A DNA stretch of 63,473 nucleotides, the filler included, from Lenisia limosa (lineage: Eukaryota > Protista > Breviatea): NCBI GenBank assembly GCA_001655205.1. It is 17 parts of 17 records of this genome, joined end to end, with 100 filler letters (N's around TTAATTAATTAA, not from the genome) between each part and the next. Parts side by side here need not be neighbours in the genome. Positions count along the whole stretch, not along the records: positions 12,102 to 18,535 come from LPNZ01008644.1; positions 18,636 to 21,041 come from LPNZ01004038.1; positions 21,142 to 24,747 come from LPNZ01003167.1; 14 more parts are not named here. The stretch is one strand, 5' to 3'. The notes beneath the pieces are model-generated. The model searched no databases. It was not told the origin of the DNA and saw only the letters and a program-made list of their open reading frames with translations. Shown here piece by piece: positions 13,663 to 24,847 of this stretch (position 1 is the stretch's first letter; every line of letters begins with the position of its first letter). Both the position numbers and the translations under genes were made by a program.

Positions 13663-13913
13663 AATGATGTGACTTTTTCGCTCGTTGCCTTTTTTGTCTT
13701 TCTGTCTACTGTGTGTTTATACTTATTTGAATGAAGCGAATGAAGTTTGTTTGACTGTAGAGGAGGGGGAAAAAGAGGAAAAGAGGGGTGGTAATATTAC
13801 GATCCGTCTTTGCGTAATCCCATGTGAATATTCAATAAAACATGTTTTTTCTCCAGTCCTTTTCCTTTAATTATTTGTGTTTTATTGTGTAGTAATAGTA
13901 TAGGACTAGAAAG
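13663..13913. promoter_or_regulatory. Putative bidirectional promoter between VAC14 and makorin
   Basis: Divergent start codons at 13662 (-) and 13914 (+) are only 251 bp apart within one contig. Confidence 0.55.
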
Positions 13914-16900
13914 ATGGGGAAACCGCGGGGCAAACCAGCTCAGCACCAGAAAAAAACCGCCAAACCCAAAGCCAAGCCCGTGTGTCCTTATTTCCTTGGG
14001 GGCTACTGTCAATTCGGCAAAGATTGCCTCTACTTGCACGACAACAAGGCGGCTAAAACGGCACCACGACGAAATGAGGTTCGTATCTTTTCCTCTAGCA
14101 CTCCTCCATCGCTATCCATTTTTTAGCTTCATCATTCATTTGCTATTGACATCACTCGCGTGGAAAAACCTCAAATCTTCACGTTCTCTCCCCGACATTA
14201 ACCGCCTTTACCATCTTCAGATCTGCACCTTCTATGCTCGTGACAAGTTCTGCCGCAACCAAGACGCCTGTCCCTTCCTGCACCCCGGGTTTGACAGACC
14301 TGGTTAGGGGGCTCTTGGGGATGCTAATTTAACTGATATTGGGCCACTCGTAATGCTCATTACTTTTACATGTTTGTGTGTGTGAAATAATAATAATAAT
14401 ACCTCTGATCTTATTCAAATCGGTCAACACGCTTCTACCGTGCTGCAGACGCGACTGGCCTGAGCTTTGTTTGTTTTGTTGTTATCAACTCTTGTGTCTC
14501 CAACATAGTTGATTTGACTTTTTTTGTTTCATTAATTTTCCAATTTTACTCACTGACCTTCCAGAGGAGACGGAAATCTACGGCACTACTGACAAGAGTA
14601 AAATCGAGGCTCCGGCGGCGAAGAAGGCGGATTTGAAGTTTAACGTAATCACGCCAGGGGGCAAGGTGGAGCCGCAGATTACTCCGGTTGGGTGGATGGG
14701 TTTTTAATTGGGCTCCGTGTAATTAGTTGAAAAATTTGAAGTGGGACGTAGTGTAACAGAGGTTTGTGTTAATTTATTCCGTCATAAAATAACCCTAGAT
14801 ATATTATAATATAGGGTTATTTTATGACGGAATTAATAACCCTAGATATAGGGTTATATATCTAGGGTTTTCAACAAGGGATAACCCTAGATATATTATA
14901 ATACTAGATATAGTATTATATCATATGTAAGGAGGCAGAAAGATATGTGGACAGAGTTGGAAGGCAAGTGATTGGGTGAATTAATATTATACTAATCTCC
15001 AATATCTCTTNNNNNNNNNNNNNNNNNNNNNNNNNNNNNNNNNNNNNNNNNNNNNNNNNNNNNNNNNNNNNNNNNNNNNNNNNNNNNNNNNNNNNNNNNN
15101 NNGGTTACGAAGATTGATACTCCTCTTGACCCGAAAACAACCGCTTGGCAAAAACCACTGGAAGTTACTAGAGCGGATCTTCCCGATGTTGTTGCGACCT
15201 CTGTGGCTTTTATCGATGAGGATGATGACGATGACGTAAGAGGTGGATTGATATTGTTGTTTATCATGATTATGATTGATGATGATGATGATGATGTTAG
15301 AGGTATTGATCATAATGTTTGCCTTGATGATGACATGCATATCGTATATGAGGTACTCTTTTAAGAGGAAGACAATATCACGAAGAATAGATATCAAATT
15401 GATAAACCAAAGAAAATGCATACTAAAAATTTTTTTAAAATCAAATGTGCAAAAAGTATTGGATAAATATATAACCAACATAGTATATGATATGATATAT
15501 AGATAGTAAAAATTATATATGGTAGTAAATTGTGATTAAAATAACCTTTTTTGCAAGTAAATCATATTTAGGTCAAATGGGCACAGCAAGATCAGGAGCT
15601 TATCGAAAACATGACCTTGAACCACCAGGGAGGGAATGTGGGGGGGGGGGGNNNNNNNNNNNNNNNNNNNNNNNNNNNNNNNNNNNNNNNNNNNNNNNNN
15701 NNNNNNNNNNNNNNNNNNNNNNNNNNNNNNNNNNNNNNNNNNNNNNNNNNNNAGGATCGGGTGCCGATTTGTCCGAATTGGGTGGAGGAGGGAACATGCG
15801 ACCGGTTGAACTGCCAGGTGAGTGGTTTATTCAAATTTATTTCTGATATTTTTTGATGATTATAGAGGAGAGTACCTTGTTTTATTTCAGATTTACCGAC
15901 TTTCAAGTCGAAATGATGTTCCATATCCACTGGTGATGATTTTCCAAGATTTAAGGATACGAAAAGGGGGGACTCCAGTCCTCCATAAGACCCTCCCCCA
16001 TTTTGTGAAATTTGGCATTTATCTTACATTTCTCTTATTTATCTGACATTTATCTGATATTTGACATTTTCAGTGGGCACATTATGGAGACCTATGTAAG
16101 CGGTGTGGCCTCTACCTCCTCATCCCAGGTGATGATAATTATAACCAAGGTTGCGGGTGGTGGTGTCTTTTGTATATCATATAATATATATATTTGGAAG
16201 TCGTGCTTCATATCGGTTCGAAAAAGAACGGTACAATATCGATAGTTTTCGGGGGTTTATCGAGAAATTCAGTCTTTTTTCGAACCGAGCTTGTTGCATT
16301 ATGATACTCCACTCTTTTTTTTTTAAGCAAATATCTTCGTTTTAACGTATGTGATGGGATGCGGTGCTGCCGNNNNNNNNNNNNNNNNNNNNNNNNNNNN
16401 NNNNNNNNNNNNNNNNNNNNNNNNNNNNNNNNNNNNNNNNNNNNNNNNNNNNNNNNNNNNNNNNNNNNNNNNNNNNNNNNNNNNNNNNNNNNNNNNNNNN
16501 NNNNNNNNNNNNNNNNNNGGTGACTAAACTGAGTTTTGTTGGTGTGGGTGTTAAAAATCAGAACACAGTTATTCGCATGGAAGTTTAGTTTATTCAAATC
16601 AGAGTTTTACCCCGACTAATTCCTTCAGAATTTGCATGGAAGTTCCGCCTAAAGTTGGTAGATGGTTTGGACTGCTCACCGACTGTGACCACGCCTTTTG
16701 TTTGGATTGCATCCGATCGTGGAGGCAGGCTCAGCTGACTAAGGAAGTTGTCCGATCTTGTCCACTTTGTAGGGTGGTATTAGGATATACTGTATTGTAT
16801 AGTATACACACAGTGACAGGGATAAGTCTTGGCCGATTATCTTTGGAAAATCATATAGCAAATCAGTCAAAACTTGTTCCAGTTAATATGAAAGTATTTC

Positions 16901-17686
16901 ATATGATATAATATGTATCATATCATATACATGTATATACTGTGGGGGTTATACTATATAATATTATCATATGATGTGTGTATAGATAGCATATAATATG
17001 TATACTATACAATATGTATATACTAGTGAGAGGGGAGGGGTAGATAGAATTTTTTAAAAAAATTGAAAGTGGGGGGGTCTCTTGCAAAATCTGCTTTGTG
17101 TTTGTATGTATTGAAAATTCCTTCGATTACCCCCTCGTATGTTGTCAGCCTACAGAGTTGATTTGGGTTTTTTCTATTGTTTCATAAATTTTCCTATTAC
17201 CCCCCCCCCCAGGCCGGCAGCATTCGCATTACGTAATCCCGNNNNNNNNNNNNNNNNNNNNNNNNNNNNNNNNNNNNNNNNNNNNNNNNNNNNNNNNNNN
17301 NNNNNNNNNNNNNNNNNNNNNNNNNNNNNNNNNNNNNNNNNNNNNNNNNNNNNNNNNNNNNNNNNNNNNNNNNNNNNNNNNNNNNNNNNNNGGGCTCTTT
17401 TTTGATTAAAAAATGTGTGTGAGGGGGGAGGGGGGGGCTTCCCTGACCAGGATAAGTCTTGACCGATTTGCTTTGTCATTTCCCAAGGAATACGGACTTT
17501 CACTTACCATCAAGGTTATCCAAAACCAAGTGCAAATACCTGAAAGCTGACGAGCCGTGTCCCTTCGGGGACTCGTGTTTCTATGACCATGGCGACTACG
17601 TGCCGCGCTATAAGGTTGACGATGATGGGCAGAGTCGGGCCGTGAGTGGCATCAATTTGGCCGACTTTTTAAATGGTGGGTGTTGA
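13914..17686 (+). CDS. MKRN: Makorin-family RING E3 ubiquitin ligase, apparently complete
   Basis: CCCH fingers CPYFLGGYCQFGKDCLYLH and CTFYARDKFCRNQDACPFLH; Cys-His motif HYGDLCKRCGLYLLIP; RING CMEVPPKVGRWFGLLTDCDHAFCLDCIRSWR...CPLCR; SHYVIP; final CCCH CKYLKADEPCPFGDSCFYDH. Confidence 0.93.
14777..14870. repeat. Cluster of palindromes in a makorin intron
   Basis: TTCCGTCATAAAATAACCCTA / TAGGGTTATTTTATGACGGAA (21-bp perfect arms, 14-nt loop), then AACCCTAGATATA / TATATCTAGGGTT. Confidence 0.85.
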
Positions 17687-18320
17687 ATCTGTCACATTTA
17701 TGAAAAATAACTCATATCAAGTAGATCACCCTTTTTTTTCTCTTCCCCCCTCACCCCTCTTGAGTGGTGAAACGGCTTTGTTTTTTGTTGTTCACCTCCT
17801 GGATAGATTTTGGGCTCTTTGTCCCTCTTGATTCTCAATTCAAATTCTCTAGACTTGCCTTCATAACACAACTGACGCTCGTACGGATACTGCTGTTCTT
17901 AAGAACTAGAACGGATTGCTTTTGCGCTTTTGTTGCAATAAATACAGTTGCTGTTTTACACTTTCTGGGATTTTATTTTAAACCACTCTTAACAAACTCC
18001 TCGGCTTCGCCACCCCATTTTTAGATAACTAGGTAAAAGGGTTAAAAGTGTGTAGACAGAAAGTGTAAAAATGTTATAGATGGTGTAAAACACTCAGAAC
18101 CACCTGAGGCTTTGCCGCTTGGGGTGGCTCTGGCTCTTTAAAAAAACTTCTGTAGCTGCAAATGTTATTTTTTTTTAATTTTGTAAAAATACCACTTTAA
18201 TATTATGTAACTACAGACGCTGACCACCCTTTTTTTGATGAGTAAGCCCTTTAGCCCCTATGTTTTCTTTTTCCACTAGACAAAATGAAAGATTCAATAA
18301 AAAAATAAGACAGAAGAGAC

Positions 18321-18390
18321 CTAGTCCTGCTCTTCGGTGGATGGGGTGATCTTGAGGTTGAATTGGAATTCTTGGTCCACTCCAAGGTAC
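18321..18390 (-). CDS. Last exon of a Sec63-domain helicase (Brr2/SNRNP200 or ASCC3-like)
   Basis: ag|x YLGVDQEFQFNLKITPSTEEQD* resembles the D.Y.GxDQEY.F C-terminus of Brr2-type helicases (motif recalled from memory). Confidence 0.65.
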
Positions 18391-19239
18391 CTGGAAGGTT
18401 AGAGCGATGTTAAGCTGTGCATGCGGAGTAAAATAGAAAACTTATGAAACAAAAAAAAAGTCCAAATCAACTCTGTTGTCTGTTGGCTGATAACACACAA
18501 GGGTTGATAACAATAAAACAAACAACGCCCACACCNNNNNNNNNNNNNNNNNNNNNNNNNNNNNNNNNNNNNNNNNNNNTTAATTAATTAANNNNNNNNN
18601 NNNNNNNNNNNNNNNNNNNNNNNNNNNNNNNNNNNATATTGGATTATAGTATAATATTAATTCACCCAATCATTTGCCTTACAACTCTGTGCACATAGCT
18701 TTCTGCGTATCTCCCCTGATACTATGTGTTACTACTAATATCTTTTTACAACACATTACAGAAAATATGATTACGCTGAGAAAGATAGCCGCGAAGCACC
18801 GTTTTTAATCAGAGTTTCAAATGAGAAAGTTGTCTCAGATATCCGAAGCACGCTATTCTGTTTTGCGCGTCATATTGAAAATGAAACAACTTTTCCATTT
18901 CCCTGCTTTAAACCCCTCAACCCCCAAAGTTGCCCCCCTGGGATGCGNNNNNNNNNNNNNNNNNNNNNNNNNNNNNNNNNNNNNNNNNNNNNNNNNNNNN
19001 NNNNNNNNNNNNNNNNNNNNNNNNNNNNNNNNNNNNNNNNNNNNNNNNNNNNNNNNNNNNNNNNNNNNNNNNNNNNNNNNNNNNNNNNNNNNNNNNNNNN
19101 NNNNNNNNNNNNNNNNNNNNNNNNNNNNNNNNNNNNNNNAAAGGCAGAGAACAGAGTGATCATAGTCCCCAGTTGCTGGGTTGTATATTATTAATACTTT
19201 CCAATAAAACACCCCTCCAACGGAAAGAGTAACTCAGGT

Positions 19240-20787
19240 ACTTGGCATTACTGTTTGAATGGTAACTCTCAAATCTGGTACTGGCAACCTGAACCATGAA
19301 GCGGGTACAAATAAGAAACATAAATATATACTTTGTGCTGCAAAAGTGTAGTTAAAATCGCTTTTACTCAAGGTAAAGAACAATAAATATTGAACTGCCC
19401 GTAGGGCTTCACTTCGGTTCGAAAAGACCGGTAAAATATCGATAGTTTTCGAGGATTTATCGAGAAATTCAGTCTTTTTTCGAACCGGAGTGAAGCCTAA
19501 CTGCCCTTCATGACCATGACGCGAATAACACAAAAAAAACGTGATTTTGCTGCAAAAGTTAACATGACCTGGCCAGTGATGGCAATAAGTGCTGACATAA
19601 TTGACTGAAGATTAAGTTATCCATTCCGAGATTGTTATTTTTAAAAATTATTTTGTTCCATATCTTGAAAACAAGCGATGTAATAGACCCTATCAAGGTC
19701 TTGGAAGGGCAGCATAGTCTGATGATACATTGCATAGGAGAACTCCAGGATACATCGTTAGTTTCAAGATATGGAACAAACATAATTAAGCACAAAATCT
19801 CTGGGATATTGAACTTAATCTTTTGTCAATTACGTCAGCACGTATCGCGAACAATGTTGCCATGCATGTATGGTAAGAAAACAAGGTAGTATCTGCCTCT
19901 TGGCTTACATTGACTCTGGTGATTGTGTGGTAGATGTTTTGGGCGGCGGTGGTGGTTGACAAGAAGTGATAGCGACCCATTGAACTGAAATCGGCAAAGT
20001 AGAAGTAGGCCTAAAGGGGAATCAGTTGGCTTCTGAAGTAGTGTAATATCCCCTCCCCTCCTGAAATGCTACGCTCCAATACTTGAAGGAGGATGAAAGA
20101 TAATTAGGGCTTCCCTACGGTCCAAAAAAGAACGTCAAAAATTGGTATTTATCGAGAAATTCAGTTTTTTTTGGGACCGCGGGAAGCTCTAGTTAAGAGA
20201 GAGCAGAAACACCATCCCCCCTTTTGAGAACAAGAAAACCTATCAATTAATTAAGAAAAATACAACATTCACCTCATAATATTATATCATTTCCTGGTTT
20301 TTATAATTATTTTACCCAATCATCTGCCTTACAACTCTGTGCACACAGCTTTCTGCGTGCCTCCCCAGCATATGGATTATAGCATTATACTCCATTCCTC
20401 CCCCAGTAAATAAAAAATCACGCAGGTAATGCTCGGTTTTGGCTATATTTGTGGTTTATCCGAACCAGTTTCTGGGTTGGTGCCCTGCTATTATTAACCC
20501 TATCCTCCTATTAGTATCCGTATCCGTAATTTCTATATTGGTCCTGTGTCTCAGTATCCGCAGTCCGTGATAAAGACATCCTAAGCCCCCTTCGGAGCAT
20601 AACCTTCCTGTGTACATGTATGTTAACGCATATCCACTAGTGATATGATCCTATGGCCGATATTCGAGTCCTGCTTTCAATCCTACACACCACTCCCCAC
20701 TTCAATAGTATAATCCGAGGGCCAGACAAAGGGTTCGCCAGCAAAGGGGATAACACACCCTTTGTCGGATTCGGGAGTCGCACCACC
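19240..20787 (-). CDS. Hypothetical multi-exon protein fragment
   Basis: Consecutive GT-AG exons: GGATPESDKGCVIPFAGEPFVWPSDYTIE|DHITSGYALTYMYTG|RAPTQKLVRINHKYSQNRALP, and AYFYFADFSSMGRYHFLSTTTAAQNIYHTITRVN. Confidence 0.45.
19402..19499. mobile_element. MITE family A copy
   Basis: TIRs; flanks ACTGCCCG / ACTGCCCT (7/8 match). Confidence 0.85.
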
Positions 20788-21141
20788 CTGAGGGGGGGGG
20801 GTAAAATAAAGAAATTTCGATGAAAACTATTGGCGTGAAGGTACTAATCACGAACCAAATAATTTGAAACTCCAAACCCAAAAAACCCACTGTACAGTGG
20901 CCAGGATAAGTCTTGAAAGATTTGCTCAATGATTTCCCTAGGAAAAATCGGTCATCACTTATCCCGGTCACTGTATGCACCAAAATAGTGATTACTCAGC
21001 ATACGTAAATAACAGGGCTCTGAAGAAGCTGGGGGGAGCCANNNNNNNNNNNNNNNNNNNNNNNNNNNNNNNNNNNNNNNNNNNNTTAATTAATTAANNN
21101 NNNNNNNNNNNNNNNNNNNNNNNNNNNNNNNNNNNNNNNNN

Positions 21142-23193
21142 CTGGATCGATGAGAAGAAATCGAATACAACCGTGCGTTTATGAACTGGTATATTTAATG
21201 AGGGGCGAAGGGTTGGGAATAGATTGAGATAGCAATTATGCATACAATGATATACTAGATAGTTTAATGTTAATAAAGTAGATACTATGTCCACACAAAT
21301 TGGACCAAAATGAAGTCCAATTTATGTAAAATGTAAAGAAACTGAACCACACAACACACAACATTCTACGGTAAATTACTGAATAAGAGAATCATTCAAT
21401 GTAATGACCGTATTATGGGTACACCCGCCTCACCAGTGTCATTATTAAAGTGGCAGTCTGCTTCGAAGAATCTATTGGGTTATATACCATGTAGAGATGA
21501 GAAATAAAACAAGGCTGTATCTGGCCGAAGTCGTCCACACCATCACCACGCTTATAAGAGATATTGTGTTTAGATGAGAGCTTCATTCCAGTTCAATAAA
21601 GATGGTTAAAATAATGATAGTTTTTCGAGGATTTGTCGGGAAATTTTGTCATAGTCAGTCTGATACACTTAAGAGCGATGTCCCACCCAGAAGACAGAAT
21701 TAGCAAAACACTTGAAGGCACAACTGGCAAAAAAAAAGGATGGTCACTATCCACTAACTTTGGTACACAATATACCCTTGGCAAAATATCGATAATGCGA
21801 AGCACCGCCTCGCCCACCTATTGAATTCACTATCCCAGAGCAAATGGGTAGTTCCAGTGGCACCTCTCATCTTCAATGGAAGCTAAAGACGTGACAAAAG
21901 AGGGCAGTTAGTGTTACAATTTCAGAGACAACCTTATTTTTTTATTTCTCATTGTTATACTATATTACTATATTACAAATTCAATCTGAGGATCATGATG
22001 AAGCAAATAAAGAGAGATGAGAAATAAAAAAGGTTGTATCCGACCGAAGCCGTCCACACCATCACGCTAAAGAGGTATGATGACCCAAATAATAATAAAA
22101 AGAAATACTGAGCTTTCATCCGCGAACCTCTTTACATGAGCTGTAAGGCCTCGAAGCCTCCCATCCATACTCTGTGCAGATAGTCAGGCCAGTAACTTGG
22201 TGGAACGTAACCTTTTCGTGTCAGTTTCTCGCCAAATAATTGAATATTGTATTATATATATATATACAATTTAATATGATAGAGTAATAAGATGATATAG
22301 TATATAGTATAGTATACTATCATTATGATATTATGAAATCTTGAAAGATATGTATCACTGGGAGGAGGACTCCCCCCCCTGAAATTATCAGAAGGGTCAT
22401 TTTACTACCATAACAAAATATCACTTTCCTATCGTACCACATTAAGTTGGGACGCGTCACAGGTGAAGTTTGGGCCAGGTAGGGTGAGGTAATCAGCCTC
22501 CAAACTGCTAAAGCGTCCAGACTAAAAATGTCATCTTCTTATAATCCGATATCTCTTAGAAGTGTGATGGTGTGTACGGCTTCGGCCAGATACAGCTTTG
22601 TTTTATTTCTCATCTCTATCCACAAGTGTAGAGTTCTCTCCTCTCCCTTCACGATTTCCTCCATCCACTCACTTATGTTTTCTATCTTGCCCCCCACCCC
22701 TACCACTGATTCAATAGAGGTTGTCTGGATAGACCCGGTGTGAAGCGTTGTGATGGAGGCCTCTAGAACAATTATATGTTGATAGTATAACCAATTATAC
22801 TATTTATGTACATGACCATTATCAGATCCATTAAAAGCACCGAGTTGAATTATCACTTTGAACGTTTGGTCTCAAAAGAATGCAACACTGCCCATTTCAT
22901 CCAATTTCAGGCATCTTGTTGGAAAAACTGCCATGCTTACTTTCAAAGATGTACTCTTTTGAGGTAGATAATGTAAACCCTGGAAAGTGATTGGAATTCG
23001 AAACACAGCGGATGATTGATGAACAGACNNNNNNNNNNNNNNNNNNNNNNNNNNNNNNNNNNNNNNNNNNNNNNNNNNNNNNNNNNNNNNNNNNNNNNNN
23101 NNNNNNNNNNNNNNNNNNNNNNNNNNNTTCCGAGAAGGAAAGAAGCAGCAATGAGAAGACTGCTAGAATGACACCCTCAGAAAGCTGACCCAT
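21142..23193 (-). CDS. Predicted secreted/surface protein, 5' part
   Basis: ATG at 23193 gives MGQLSEGVILAVFSLLLLSFSE (signal-like), followed by short exons such as EASITTLHTGSIQTTSIESV and LEADYLTLPGPNFTCDASQLNV. Confidence 0.5.
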
Positions 23194-23347
23194 TTTTCGG
23201 TGTTTGTGTTGTGGTGAGTCGATCGGTATGGATGATTTTTGGATATGTATATACACACTGCAAACCGCACTCCCCAGCTGTAAAGGCATTGCACCCTGGT
23301 AATACCCGGTTTTATTGAAAATGCCAAATCTAAAATTTGAACGCAGA

Positions 23348-23880
23348 TTGAACGTAAAAAGGTGGTGCATTTGTTTGTATATCTAATAGTACTATATTTC
23401 TGATCGCGAAAAGTTCAAAAAGATGAATAGGAAAAAGGTTTGTGCGGATTGCGCGAAGCTGAGTTGACATCCTTTAGTCTGGGCTGGCTAAAACATCAAG
23501 CCTAACTCCTTTGAGAGGTGCTCAAGGGTCTAGGAGACGCAATGTAGACAATGACCACGATGTGGGATTTCCGGGTGGCTTCGTGTCCTTCTAGACCCCA
23601 CTATTTCTCCAATAGGCCGTGTTCATCCTCTTATTAGTATTGCTAACGGTGTTAACTCGGTTTCAGGCTGACCGCCCGGCTTCCCCTGCATTATCAGATG
23701 CTTCTAGAGGAGGTGATGGCAGACCTGTTGGGGGGGGGGGGGGNNNNNNNNNNNNNNNNNNNNNNNNNNNNNNNNNNNNNNNNNNNNNNNNNNNNNNNNN
23801 NNNNNNNNNNNNNNNNNNNNNNNNNNNNNNNNNNNNNNNNNNNNNNNNNNATGAATCTGGCTCAGCCGTGTTTACCTTGA
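23348..23880 (+). CDS. Hypothetical small protein
   Basis: In-phase exons IERKK|YYISDREKFKKMNRKK|VLKGLGDAM|LTARLPLHYQMLLEEVMAD. No family recognised. Confidence 0.4.
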
Positions 23881-24628
23881 TGTTAATTATTGAGTATAGC
23901 GCTTTTCATCTGCCTCCCTAGCGTAATAAAGGAATAGATAAATGGATGAGGGGTCTTGTTGAAGCTTTTGGCTTGACAGAGTTCTTTCTTCCTATCCTTT
24001 TTTAGTTCTGTAATTGGGTTGTTGGGTAAATGGTTGGGTGGATTGTAATGAGACTGTAGTCAGTATCATAGCTCTATTAACGTGGTAGTACTGTGTCTTT
24101 CCTATCGCATTATCTAAATCAGATTTTAAGAAAAGCAAGTTAAATGCTTGGGTAAATTGTTACAAAATCCCCTTCATTATCCTTTGTAAATGGGATGGCG
24201 ATGGTCTCAGCAGGCATTCTACGTTTTGAATATGACGAAGGGAACCAGCTTTAATATGGAAAGCAGAGGTTATTCAAAATGGAGTAGCTTCAAATAAACG
24301 GAGGCACAGAAAGTTGTATGCACAGAGTTGTTTGACAAATCATTGGGTTAATATTATATTACATAATAATCCAATGTCTCTCATAAGCGTGATGGTGTGG
24401 ACGGAAGACCCAGTAGTAAAGCAGGTTTTATAATTGAAATTTGGTTTGGTCGAAGCACAAAAAGAACCACAACCTGATTTGCGTGATTTGGATGTTGTGT
24501 GATCCCGTAGCTCACAGCCTGGGCTTCCCTACGGTCCGAAAAACCGTCAAAATATCCATATTTATCGAGGGTGTATCGAGGAATTCAGTTTTTTATGGGA
24601 TTGTAGGGAAGCTTTTCTCACAACCCAG

Positions 24629-24744
24629 GCTAAAGTGGTCTGCAAGCCTGCACAGCAACTCACAATGACGCAAGAGGAGCTATCAGAGGAGTTCACCAAA
24701 GTCCTTACCACAGCCAATTCCAATGCCCCGCAGAACCTTGTCAG
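24629..24744 (+). CDS. DNAI1: Axonemal outer-arm dynein intermediate chain 1 (IC78) N-terminal exon
   Basis: AKVVCKPAQQLTMTQEELSEEFTKVLTTANSNAPQNLVR matches the conserved P.Q...T..EL.EEFT.ILT..NP.AP.N.VR block of DNAI1/IC78 (recalled). Truncated by a spacer. Confidence 0.8.
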
Positions 24745-24847
24745 GTTNNNNNNNNNNNNNNNNNNNNNNNNNNNNNNNNNNNNNNNNNNNNTTAATTAAT
24801 TAANNNNNNNNNNNNNNNNNNNNNNNNNNNNNNNNNNNNNNNNNNNN

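Noticed and set aside
14790-14890. Interstitial telomere repeats (AACCCT/TAGGG)
   Set aside because: The motifs are isolated and palindromic, not tandem arrays.
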